From: Gammaproteobacteria bacterium
Lineage (GTDB): Bacteria; Pseudomonadota; Gammaproteobacteria; SZUA-140
Direction of reading: 5' to 3'
Length of the DNA stretch: 64,000 nt
Assembly: GCA_026982565.1 (NCBI GenBank)
Contig: JALSGV010000074.1
Span: 331 to 64,330, forward strand
In this document: positions 56,492 through 64,000 of the stretch, piece after piece
Layout of the letters: each line of letters opens with the position of its first letter
How positions within the stretch are numbered: the stretch's first letter is position 1
Made by a program: the position numbers and the translations under genes
Notes under the pieces: generated by a model
What the model saw: the letters and a program-made list of their open reading frames with translations, nothing else
Database searches by the model: none
What the model was told of the DNA's origin: nothing

Positions 56492-57124
56492 GTGAACCAG
56501 AAGAAGCGCCGCGAGATCTTCGAGCGCCTCAGGGAAGCCAACCCTGCGCCCACCACCGAGCTGCATTACAAAACCCCCTTTGAGCTGTTGATCGCCGTCA
56601 TTCTCTCCGCCCAGGCGACCGACAAGGGCGTCAACAAGGCGACCAGGGAACTGTTCAAAGCGGCCAACACGCCCCAGGCCATACTGAAGCTGGGGAAGGC
56701 GGGCCTGAAGAAACACATCCGCACCATCGGCCTCTACAACACCAAGGCCGACAATATCATGAAGACCTGTGAAATCCTCGTCCGGGAGCATGATGGCAGG
56801 GTGCCGGATGACCGCAAGTCCCTGGAGGCCCTGCCTGGGGTCGGCCGCAAGACCGCCAATGTCATCCTCAATACCGCCTTCGGCCAGCCCACCATCGCCG
56901 TCGACACCCATATCTTCCGGGTCTGCAACCGCACCGGAATCGCGCCCGGCAAGACCGTCCGCGAGGTTGAAGACAAGCTGATGAAATGTGTCCCGGACGA
57001 ATTCAAGCACGACGCCCATCACTGGCTGATCCTCCACGGGCGCTACACCTGCATCGCGCGCAAGCCGCGCTGCGGGAGTTGTATCATCGAGGATTTGTGT
57101 GAATATACGGATAAGACAGAGTAG
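56492..57124 (+). CDS. nth: Endonuclease III
   Basis: LSAQATD, HhH LPGVGRKTANV, VDTH, CxxxxxxCxxCxxxxxC. Confidence 0.97.
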   Translation: MNQKKRREIFERLREANPAPTTELHYKTPFELLIAVILSAQATDKGVNKATRELFKAANTPQAILKLGKAGLKKHIRTIGLYNTKADNIMKTCEILVREHDGRVPDDRKSLEALPGVGRKTANVILNTAFGQPTIAVDTHIFRVCNRTGIAPGKTVREVEDKLMKCVPDEFKHDAHHWLILHGRYTCIARKPRCGSCIIEDLCEYTDKTE

Positions 57125-57146
57125 CAAAGAGTAAAGATAAAAGTTG

Positions 57147-57578
57147 ATGTTTACGCAGGACCGCAATCAGATTCGGCAGTTTTATTTTGATACTTGGCGC
57201 AAACGGCTGGACGGGGTGCCGCTTGAGCCCATGGAAAGCCTGGTGGCGGGTGTCATCGAACAGCACCCGGAATATCACAAGTTACTTGAAAACCCGGAAG
57301 CGGCCATCGACCGGGACTACCTTCCTGAGATGGGAGAGTCGAATCCTTTCCTGCACATGGGCATGCACATCGGGCTGCATGAACAGATCAGCAGCAACCG
57401 TCCCCAAGGCATCGGCGAGATCCATCGCACCCTCACCACCAAGACCGGGGATCCTCACGAAGCGGAACACCGCATGATGGAATGCCTTGCCGAGGCGCTG
57501 TGGCAGGCGCAGCGCGAGAACCGCCTCCCCGACGAGACGGCCTATCTGGAGGCGCTGCAGCGCCTGGTCACGCCATAG
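57147..57578 (+). CDS. DUF1841-family protein
   Basis: RQFYFDTWRK, HPEYH, NPFLHMGMH..LHEQI, HEAEHRMMECL; typical neighbour of nth. Confidence 0.85.
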   Translation: MFTQDRNQIRQFYFDTWRKRLDGVPLEPMESLVAGVIEQHPEYHKLLENPEAAIDRDYLPEMGESNPFLHMGMHIGLHEQISSNRPQGIGEIHRTLTTKTGDPHEAEHRMMECLAEALWQAQRENRLPDETAYLEALQRLVTP

Positions 57579-57612
57579 CCTATTACGGTTACGGGGAGAG
57601 CCCCCTCGACCG

Positions 57613-57762
57613 TCACCGCCCCATCATGACCAGCAAGGCAGGCACTGTCAGCCAGGCAATGCCTTTCAGCAAAAAGAACAGGAAACCATAGAGCCCCAGG
57701 CGCCGCAACCAGGGCGGAAGCGGGCAGCGTTGAACAATGACTTTTACGAGCTTGCTTTCCAT
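57613..57762 (-). CDS. Small membrane protein (49 aa)
   Basis: MESK...WLRRLGLYGFLFFLLKGIAWLTVPALL; the GFLFFLxKGxxW pattern resembles a conserved tiny uncharacterised family. Confidence 0.65.
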   Translation of the reverse strand: MESKLVKVIVQRCPLPPWLRRLGLYGFLFFLLKGIAWLTVPALLVMMGR

Positions 57763-57923
57763 TGTTGACCTGTGCGCATATTGCAGCTCCACTCTCTTAA
57801 TGAAACATATCGGCAAAACAATGTATCGCTTGAAAAAAGTCAATTATTTGCCGCCACATGCCTCAACGACTGGTTTTCTTGACATCAATAGCAAACAAAC
57901 AAGGTCTTCATAACAGAAAAACG

Positions 57924-57939
57924 TGGCACGCAACCTGCA
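57924..57939 (+). promoter_or_regulatory. sigma54 (-24/-12) promoter
   Basis: TGGCACGCAACCTGCA (GG-N10-GC), 43 nt upstream of ATG 57983. Confidence 0.75.
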
Positions 57940-57982
57940 TCCTCCTTAGCGCATCAGTTTTTTCTTACATGAGGAAGAGATA

Positions 57983-59503
57983 ATGATTACTACAGGTAGT
58001 AAGGGACGAATGTTCAAATGGAAACCTGTCAGGCTGATGACCATGATTCCCATGGCGCTGGTCGTGACGTTTCTGATCCAAATCGGTGATGCCAATGCCA
58101 TCCCGGCATTTGCAAGGAAATACCAGGCCAACTGCGCCCTGTGTCATACCAACGAGCCGCGCCTGACCGTATTCGGCCAGCAATTCAAGGAAAACGGCTA
58201 CCAGATGCCAGGAAGCACGGACGGCGGCGAAACAGCCAAGGATATCCTGGAAGGCGCCCAAGGCCCCGTCAGCGTCGACAAGATATCCAATATCATGGCT
58301 GTGCGCATCCGCGCGGACGTCCAACGCGTCTCCTTCGAGGAAGTGACGGATGAGATGAAGGACGAGAACGTGCGCGAGCAATGGGACGTCGATGTGCCCC
58401 GCATCGTCAACCTGTTCTTTGGCGGCACGGCCACCAAGAACCTCAGCTATTTCATGGAAACCGAGTTCAATACCCAGGAAGGCGGTGACCCGGCGGTCAA
58501 GTTCGAGCGCACCTTTTTGATCTTCTCCAACCTGGGCGGCAAGCAGGGCATTGCCAACCTGAAGGTCGGTAAATTCGACCCCTCGGGGCTGTTCTCTTTT
58601 CCGACCCACCGCCAGCAGATCAACCCGGTGGGGCCGGTTGCCGAAGCCAGCAATTTCCCGCCAACCATCAACAGGGTCCCCCTGCTCCCGTTGGCCTTCG
58701 CCAGCAAGATGTTCGGACTGACAAAAGGCCCGAGTTACGAGGGCAATGAAGACTACGCCCTGCTGCCGGTGCAGCCCTATCTTTACAACGCGCCGGTACA
58801 GACCAGCGTCTCCCTCTACGGCCGGCCCTTGGGCTTTGGCAGCCCCTTCATGTACCAGATCGGCGTTGCGGTCAACGACAAGGTCAGCACATCCGCGCAG
58901 GACAAGGAAAACCGCTACGACACCTACGTCATGGGCCGCTACGACTGGACCATGCTGGGCGGCAAGGCCTTCCAGGCTTCCGCCTTCTATTACCAGGCGC
59001 CTGACGCCGCCATCTCCACCCTCAATATGAGTGGAAATATCGTCTACGCCAGCAAGGCCACGGGCATCACCCGTTACGGCTTCGGCGCCCGCGGCACCTG
59101 GGGCCAGTGGGACATCTACGGCACCTACATCGTCGACAAAATCGACGAGCCCACTTTCTCGGGCATGGCGGCCAATTCGGTGTGGGAGGATACGGGCAAG
59201 GGCATGAGCCTGGAAGCCGACTGGCGCATGAACGACCACTGGATGCTGGGGCTGCGCTACGACTGGATGGCGCCCGGTGGCCTGAAGCAATTGCCCATGG
59301 GCAGCACGGAGCAGTTGAATATCGATGCTTCATTCCTGGCGCCCATCGTCAAGTACTATCCCCGTCCCAATATCGGGCTCTATGCGCGCGCCCACTTCAA
59401 TCTTGAAGACAGCGCCAAGAATCCCATCGGCGGCGGCACGGCGGAACACCCGCTGACCAACCTGACGAACCTGGTTTCGCTGGGCGTGGATATGGCCTTC
59501 TGA
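57983..59503 (+). CDS. Cyc2-like fused monoheme cytochrome c / outer-membrane beta-barrel porin
   Basis: Signal peptide ending ANA, IPAFARKYQANCALCHTNEPRLTVFGQQFKENGY, amphipathic strands, terminal Phe (GVDMAF). Confidence 0.85.
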   Translation: MITTGSKGRMFKWKPVRLMTMIPMALVVTFLIQIGDANAIPAFARKYQANCALCHTNEPRLTVFGQQFKENGYQMPGSTDGGETAKDILEGAQGPVSVDKISNIMAVRIRADVQRVSFEEVTDEMKDENVREQWDVDVPRIVNLFFGGTATKNLSYFMETEFNTQEGGDPAVKFERTFLIFSNLGGKQGIANLKVGKFDPSGLFSFPTHRQQINPVGPVAEASNFPPTINRVPLLPLAFASKMFGLTKGPSYEGNEDYALLPVQPYLYNAPVQTSVSLYGRPLGFGSPFMYQIGVAVNDKVSTSAQDKENRYDTYVMGRYDWTMLGGKAFQASAFYYQAPDAAISTLNMSGNIVYASKATGITRYGFGARGTWGQWDIYGTYIVDKIDEPTFSGMAANSVWEDTGKGMSLEADWRMNDHWMLGLRYDWMAPGGLKQLPMGSTEQLNIDASFLAPIVKYYPRPNIGLYARAHFNLEDSAKNPIGGGTAEHPLTNLTNLVSLGVDMAF

Positions 59504-59534
59504 CAAACAGCATTTCACTCGCCTGCAAACCTGG

Positions 59535-59573
59535 GGGCGGTTACAGCATCAGCCGTGACCGCCCTTTCTTTTC
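59535..59573 (+). terminator. Intrinsic terminator after the cytochrome-porin gene
   Basis: GGGCGGTTAC-N10-GTGACCGCCC followed by TTTCTTTTC. Confidence 0.75.
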
Positions 59574-59578
59574 ATTTC

Positions 59579-59983
59579 TTATGGAAAACATGCCGCATAA
59601 TCCCCGCCTTGGATCAATCGCAGCCCCCGGGTCGCATGGAGGTACTCGTAACACCAGGCTTTTACAGACTCGCCATTGTCCATCTGCAAGGACACCAGCA
59701 CACGGCGGTATTCATGGGGTTCAGGGTGCTTGGGCGAGCATTGTTCATAATCATCCAGGTCCCTCAAGGTTGCGTGGGGCTCCAGAAGGCGGTAGACCTC
59801 TCCCTTGACGTGGCTCCCTGCGCCACCCGAAAACGACAAACCCGGATATCCCCCGGCATCGTACAGACAACCTGATATCCAGGCGTCTCCCATGTATTCT
59901 GCCTTGCCGGCCAGGAGGCTGTGCATGGAGTTGGGAACAGCTCGCCGCAAGGTGCCGTAGGCGAAAAGGTAGTGCGCGCTCAT
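59579..59983 (-). CDS. Gamma-glutamylcyclotransferase (AIG2-like) family protein
   Basis: LFAYGTL, LYDAGGYPG, VKGEVY, LDDYE. Confidence 0.88.
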   Translation of the reverse strand: MSAHYLFAYGTLRRAVPNSMHSLLAGKAEYMGDAWISGCLYDAGGYPGLSFSGGAGSHVKGEVYRLLEPHATLRDLDDYEQCSPKHPEPHEYRRVLVSLQMDNGESVKAWCYEYLHATRGLRLIQGGDYAACFP

Positions 59984-59986
59984 TTG

Positions 59987-60865
59987 TCAGCCGATGACGC
60001 GAGATAGGCGGCGTGCCCAACTTCCCAGTTGTTCGGCCTCGGGCTTGAAGCGATAAACAGGCCGCTCCCCCGGTTCCTGATAATAAGGCAGCATCTCCGG
60101 CGCCAGGTCCCGCAGGCTCTCAATTCTCGTTTGAGGCGCGGGGTGTGTGCTTAAGAGTTCCGGCGGCGCCTTGCCACCGCTGACGCTTTTCATCTTTTTC
60201 CACAAGCTTACGGCTGCGCGGGGATCATAGCCGGCGCGCGCCGCCAGTTCGATGCCGATGCGGTCCGCCTCGCTCTCCGCCGTCCGGCTGTTGGGCAACT
60301 TGACGGCCAGGGCTGCCGCAAGGGAGGCGCCGGCCAGAGCCAGTCCGCTGTTGTCCTGGCTCACCGCCACGGCTGTCACGGCCAGGTCGCTGGCCAGCGC
60401 CACGGACATCTTCTCCGCCGTATGCTTGGCCAGGGCATGGGCAATCTCGTGACCGAGCACCTGTGCCAGTTCATCATCCGTCGGCCCGATTTTCTCAACC
60501 AGGCCGGTATACAAGGCCATGCGCCCCCCCGCCATGGCCCAGGCATTCACCGTTTCCGGCTCGTCGATGATGTGTATGCTCCATTTCCAGTTGGCCGTCT
60601 CGGGGCGCAATTTAATGGCCTGGGCAATGAGACGCCCGCTGATGGCCTCCACCCGCGCCTTGAGCCGGGCATCGTTGTCGATCTTGCCCTCTTCCGCGGG
60701 CTTCTTGAGCATTTCGAAATAGGCTGGCTCCGACGCCTTGATGGCCGCCTCCTCCGAAATCAAAAGAAACTGACTGCGCCCGGTAATGGGCGCCGATGCA
60801 CACCCGGCGAGAAACAATGCAAGCACCAGCATGACGGCCAGCTTGTTTTTCCCGATCAAAGCCAT
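59987..60865 (-). CDS. M48-family Zn metallopeptidase lipoprotein
   Basis: Lipobox LAGC, NAWAMAGG, LGHEIAH, ESEADRIG, LSTHP. Confidence 0.92.
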   Translation of the reverse strand: MALIGKNKLAVMLVLALFLAGCASAPITGRSQFLLISEEAAIKASEPAYFEMLKKPAEEGKIDNDARLKARVEAISGRLIAQAIKLRPETANWKWSIHIIDEPETVNAWAMAGGRMALYTGLVEKIGPTDDELAQVLGHEIAHALAKHTAEKMSVALASDLAVTAVAVSQDNSGLALAGASLAAALAVKLPNSRTAESEADRIGIELAARAGYDPRAAVSLWKKMKSVSGGKAPPELLSTHPAPQTRIESLRDLAPEMLPYYQEPGERPVYRFKPEAEQLGSWARRLSRVIG

Positions 60866-60943
60866 GGACTTCTTCCATCTCCGCCTACAATGCCCAGGAA
60901 ACAATAGCCCAAACCGTGACCGTATTCAATCACGGTCCATTTC

Positions 60944-60959
60944 TGTGACGCGCTTCACA
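60944..60959. promoter_or_regulatory. CRP/Vfr-family binding site
   Basis: Perfect TGTGA-CGCGCT-TCACA, extended by TTC/GAA; candidate -10 TAAATT at 60981-60986. Confidence 0.75.
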
Positions 60960-61065
60960 GAAGTGGATCGCCACGCGTACTAAATTCCAGATGAGCAAGT
61001 GTGACGGCGTTCCTTGCAACAGCGCGGGCACACTTTTCCATCATCATCTCGGGAGGACAGGAAAC

Positions 61066-61278
61066 ATGGGAAGCAAGACATCGCGTGAATACGTCTGTTT
61101 GAACAAGAAGGACCAGGAATTCCTGGAGAATACCTATCTGGAAGACGTTCTCGATATCGAGGGCAGGAAAAACGTCCCTGTCAGATCGGAGAATGTCCGC
61201 AAGGCCATCGAGCGTCATTTCGAGCGCCAGCGCCTGAAGAACCAGATCATCGATTTCGATCTCTACGACGAACACTGA
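61066..61278 (+). CDS. Small acidic/basic protein (70 aa), PA3496/DUF3545-like C-terminus
   Basis: RBS GGAGG...AGGA; C-terminal VRKAIERHFERQRLKNQIIDFD helix; has its own terminator. Confidence 0.7.
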   Translation: MGSKTSREYVCLNKKDQEFLENTYLEDVLDIEGRKNVPVRSENVRKAIERHFERQRLKNQIIDFDLYDEH

Positions 61279-61302
61279 AACGGCGCAGCGCCCCTGTTTC
61301 TG

Positions 61303-61340
61303 GCCACGCACCCGGGTTCCGGATGCGTGGCTTTTTCTTT
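61303..61340 (+). terminator. Intrinsic terminator
   Basis: GCCACGCACCCGG-GTT-CCGGATGCGTGGC followed by TTTTTCTTT. Confidence 0.8.
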
Positions 61341-61405
61341 CGAGCGGCGGTCCCAGTCCCTATCCCCTCCCAGTACTATCTTGCTATACTCCCCCACTGA
61401 GTTTT

Positions 61406-61482
61406 GCCCCGATAGCTCAGCTGGATAGAGCGTCCCCCTCCTAAGGGGAAGGTCACACGTTCGAATCGTGTTCGGGGCGCCA
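61406..61482 (+). tRNA. tRNA-Arg(CCT)
   Basis: Anticodon arm TCCCC-CTCCTAA-GGGGA, encoded CCA; extended -10 TGCTATACT at 61382-61390. Confidence 0.96.
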
Positions 61483-61537
61483 TCCCGCTGCACGCGCTCA
61501 AGCCATCCATCCCGGAAAAATATTAAGGTGACAACAC

Positions 61538-63511
61538 ATGCAAAACCTATGGAATGACCAGGAAGCCGCCCAATTTACCGATGATCTCGCCCTGCGCGTC
61601 TATACGTCGAGGCTGCTGGGGAAGGAAAAGACCCTGGTCCTGCACGGTGGCGGCAACACCTCCGTCAAGATCCGCACCCGCAATATCCTTGGCGAGGAAG
61701 AGGATATTCTCTACGTCAAGGGCAGTGGCTGGGACCTGGAAACCATAGAGGCGGCCGGTTTCTCACCCGTGCGTCTCGATCACCTGGTGGCGCTGGCCGG
61801 CCTGACCGAACTGAATGATATCCAAATGGTCAACGAGCTGCGCACCCACATGACCCTCGCCAGCGCTCCCACCCCGTCGGTAGAGGCCATCCTGCACGCC
61901 ATTCTTCCCTTCAAATACGTGGATCACACCCATGCCGATGCCGTGGTCTCCATCACCAACACCCGTGACGGCCTGCAAAGGATCCGCGAAATCTATGGTG
62001 AAGACATGGTCATCATTCCCTATGTCATGCCGGGCTTCGACCTGGCGCGCATCTGCCACGAAATCTACAGCCGGGACGCCACGGACAAGACCATCGGCAT
62101 GATTCTCATGAATCATGGAATATTCTCTTTTGGAGAAACGGCCAAAATCGCCTACAGCCGCATGATCGAGCTGGTGAGCCGCGCCGAAAACCACCTCGCC
62201 GCGCACCAGGCCTGGAACCTGCCCAGGCCTGCCGCCACCGACGAGGCGGAGAGTCTGCGGGTGGACATTGCCGGGCTGCGCCGCGAGGCCTCGCGGGAGG
62301 CCGGTTTCCCCCTGTTGCTCATGACTCACCGTGACGATCACTGCCTGGGCTTCGCCCAGCGCGACGACCTGAAGGTCATCAGCCAGCAGGGACCGGCCAC
62401 ACCCGATCATGTCATCCGCACCAAGCGCGTCCCCTTGCTGGGCCGGGACATCGCCGCCTATAGCAGACAATACCAGGCCTATTTCGATGAATACGCGCCC
62501 CAGGCCAGGGACCCCAAAACCATCCTGGATCGCGCGCCCCGCGTCATCCTCGACCCGCAACTGGGCCTGTGCGCGCTGGGACGCAGCGCCAAGGACGCCA
62601 ATATCGTGGCGGACATCTATCGCCAGACCATGGACACCATCCTGCGCGCGGAGCGACTGGGTGGCTACCGGGCTTTGCCCGCCAAGGATATTTTTGACGT
62701 GGAATACTGGGATCTGGAACAGGCCAAATTGAAGAAGGCCGGCGCGCCCCCACTTTTCGCCGGTGAAATCGCCCTGGTGACCGGGGCCGCCTCGGGCATC
62801 GGCAAGGCCTGCGCCGGGCACCTCCTCAAACAGGGCGCCGCGGTGCTTGGCATCGACATCGATCCCGCCATCGAAACCCTTTTTGACCACCCGGGATTCA
62901 TGGGGCGCGTGTGTGACGTCACGGATACGCAGGGCATCTCGGATACGGTCGAGGCCTGCGCCCGAAAATTCGGCGGGCTGGACATGTTGATACTCAATGC
63001 CGGCATCTTCCCTGCCAGCCGCCCTATCGACTCCCTGGATAAGGCATTCTGGAACAAGGTGTTCGACATCAATCTCGATGCCAACCTCGATCTCATGCGT
63101 GAATGCCACCCTCTCCTCAGGCTGGCGCCCAAAGCGGGGCGGGTGGTGATCATCGGCTCCAAAAATATAGCCGCGCCCGGCCCGGGCGCCGCCGCCTATT
63201 CCGCCTCCAAGGCCGCCCTCAACCAGCTCGGCCGCATCGCGGCCCTGGAGTGGGCCGGGGATGGCATACGCATCAACACCGTACACCCGGATGCGGTATT
63301 CGACACGGGAATCTGGAGCGACGACATTCTGCAGTCCCGCGCCAGACATTACGGACTCAGCGTCGAGGAATACAAGACCAAAAACCTGCTCAAGACCCAC
63401 ATCACCTCCCATGACGTGGCCGAGCTGGTCGTCGCCATGTGCGGCCCGCTGTTCGAAAAAACCACGGGCGCCCAGTTACCCATCGACGGCGGCAACGAAC
63501 GCGTCATCTAG
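61538..63511 (+). CDS. Bifunctional class II aldolase / short-chain dehydrogenase
   Basis: HGGGNTSVK, VKGSGWDL, PSVE, HTH, NHG; then TGAASGIG, NAG, YSASK. Confidence 0.92.
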   Translation: MQNLWNDQEAAQFTDDLALRVYTSRLLGKEKTLVLHGGGNTSVKIRTRNILGEEEDILYVKGSGWDLETIEAAGFSPVRLDHLVALAGLTELNDIQMVNELRTHMTLASAPTPSVEAILHAILPFKYVDHTHADAVVSITNTRDGLQRIREIYGEDMVIIPYVMPGFDLARICHEIYSRDATDKTIGMILMNHGIFSFGETAKIAYSRMIELVSRAENHLAAHQAWNLPRPAATDEAESLRVDIAGLRREASREAGFPLLLMTHRDDHCLGFAQRDDLKVISQQGPATPDHVIRTKRVPLLGRDIAAYSRQYQAYFDEYAPQARDPKTILDRAPRVILDPQLGLCALGRSAKDANIVADIYRQTMDTILRAERLGGYRALPAKDIFDVEYWDLEQAKLKKAGAPPLFAGEIALVTGAASGIGKACAGHLLKQGAAVLGIDIDPAIETLFDHPGFMGRVCDVTDTQGISDTVEACARKFGGLDMLILNAGIFPASRPIDSLDKAFWNKVFDINLDANLDLMRECHPLLRLAPKAGRVVIIGSKNIAAPGPGAAAYSASKAALNQLGRIAALEWAGDGIRINTVHPDAVFDTGIWSDDILQSRARHYGLSVEEYKTKNLLKTHITSHDVAELVVAMCGPLFEKTTGAQLPIDGGNERVI

Positions 63512-63722
63512 ACCCAGAGGGATTATTTCATTTATTTCATAATATTAGCTCACCTTTATAAGGAACTGGTCGATAATTCAACGGGAAGCACGGCGAAACA
63601 GCGTGTGCCGGGAGGTAATTTATTAACAAATCACCTATAATAGACTGACTTGATTAAGAATCACTGGTCATCGCGGCGCTATGGGACGGCGCTGTCCCCC
63701 AGCGCAACCCAGTGCTGCAAAG

Positions 63723-64000
63723 ATGAATAAAATCCTCAATATGCCACCGACCGCCCCATCCGGGGCCAAGCAGGCCGACCTTGGCGAACTGACCCGGGTC
63801 ATCGCCATCACCAGCGGCAAGGGCGGGGTGGGCAAGACCAACATCACCAGCAACCTGGGCATCGAGCTGGCGGCCCGCGGCGCACGGGTATGCATCTTCG
63901 ATGCGGACACCTCCCTGGCCAACATCAATGTCCTCATGGGGCTCAGCCCCCAGCACACCATCGGAGACCTGCTCTGCGGCGACAAGTCCATCGATGACAT
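63723..64000 (+). CDS. FlhG/MinD-family ATPase, runs off the right edge
   Basis: Not in the ORF track. Manual translation MNKILNM...[26 protein letters not shown]...IFDADTSLANINVLMGL. Confidence 0.88.
   Translation, partial: MNKILNMPPTAPSGAKQADLGELTRVIAITSGKGGVGKTNITSNLGIELAARGARVCIFDADTSLANINVLMGLSPQHTIGDLLCGDKSIDD

Noticed and set aside
61406-64000. Genomic island integrated at tRNA-Arg(CCT)
   Set aside because: No integrase and no duplicated tRNA 3' end are visible in the window; the downstream gene has host-like composition.

Overview
A GC-rich gammaproteobacterial chromosomal segment, Chromatiales/Thiohalomonadales-like by gene order (inference), made up mostly of housekeeping loci. 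In order: a double-receiver regulator (truncated), a MinD/FlhG-like ATPase, moeA, a peptide-type ABC transporter, fabI, ppiD, tRNA-Asp/Val, hupB-lon-clpX-clpP-tig, a five-tRNA array, MFS-aroC-hemN-prmB, ettA, rimI, a family-4 UDG, leuA-pssA-psd-ilvC-ilvH-ilvI, MIF, ybbP/ybbA/tesA, a two-gene phosphoglycosyl-transferase islet, hda, purMN, dcd, apbC, metG, rnfABCDGE-nth, a Cyc2-like monoheme cytochrome-porin, GGCT, an M48 peptidase, tRNA-Arg, an aldolase/SDR fusion and a second FlhG-like ATPase (truncated). I saw no integrase, transposase, prophage or CRISPR array. The most interesting signals are: (1) a stand-alone Cyc2-like cytochrome-porin with a sigma54 promoter near rnf; (2) a uracil-DNA glycosylase with a HolD(psi)-like N-terminal peptide sitting at the holD position; (3) a WecA with a DRR/ERR arginine-repeat tail; (4) a Psd homolog lacking its catalytic Ser and His, coupled to pssA; (5) an unannotated, apparently leaderless Leu-rich leader peptide upstream of leuA; (6) a CTAG-flanked MITE at the clpP stop codon and heptamer-periodic hairpins flanking aroC; (7) a perfect class II CRP-type site upstream of a small protein. 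All calls come from reading motifs by eye; no database searches were run.
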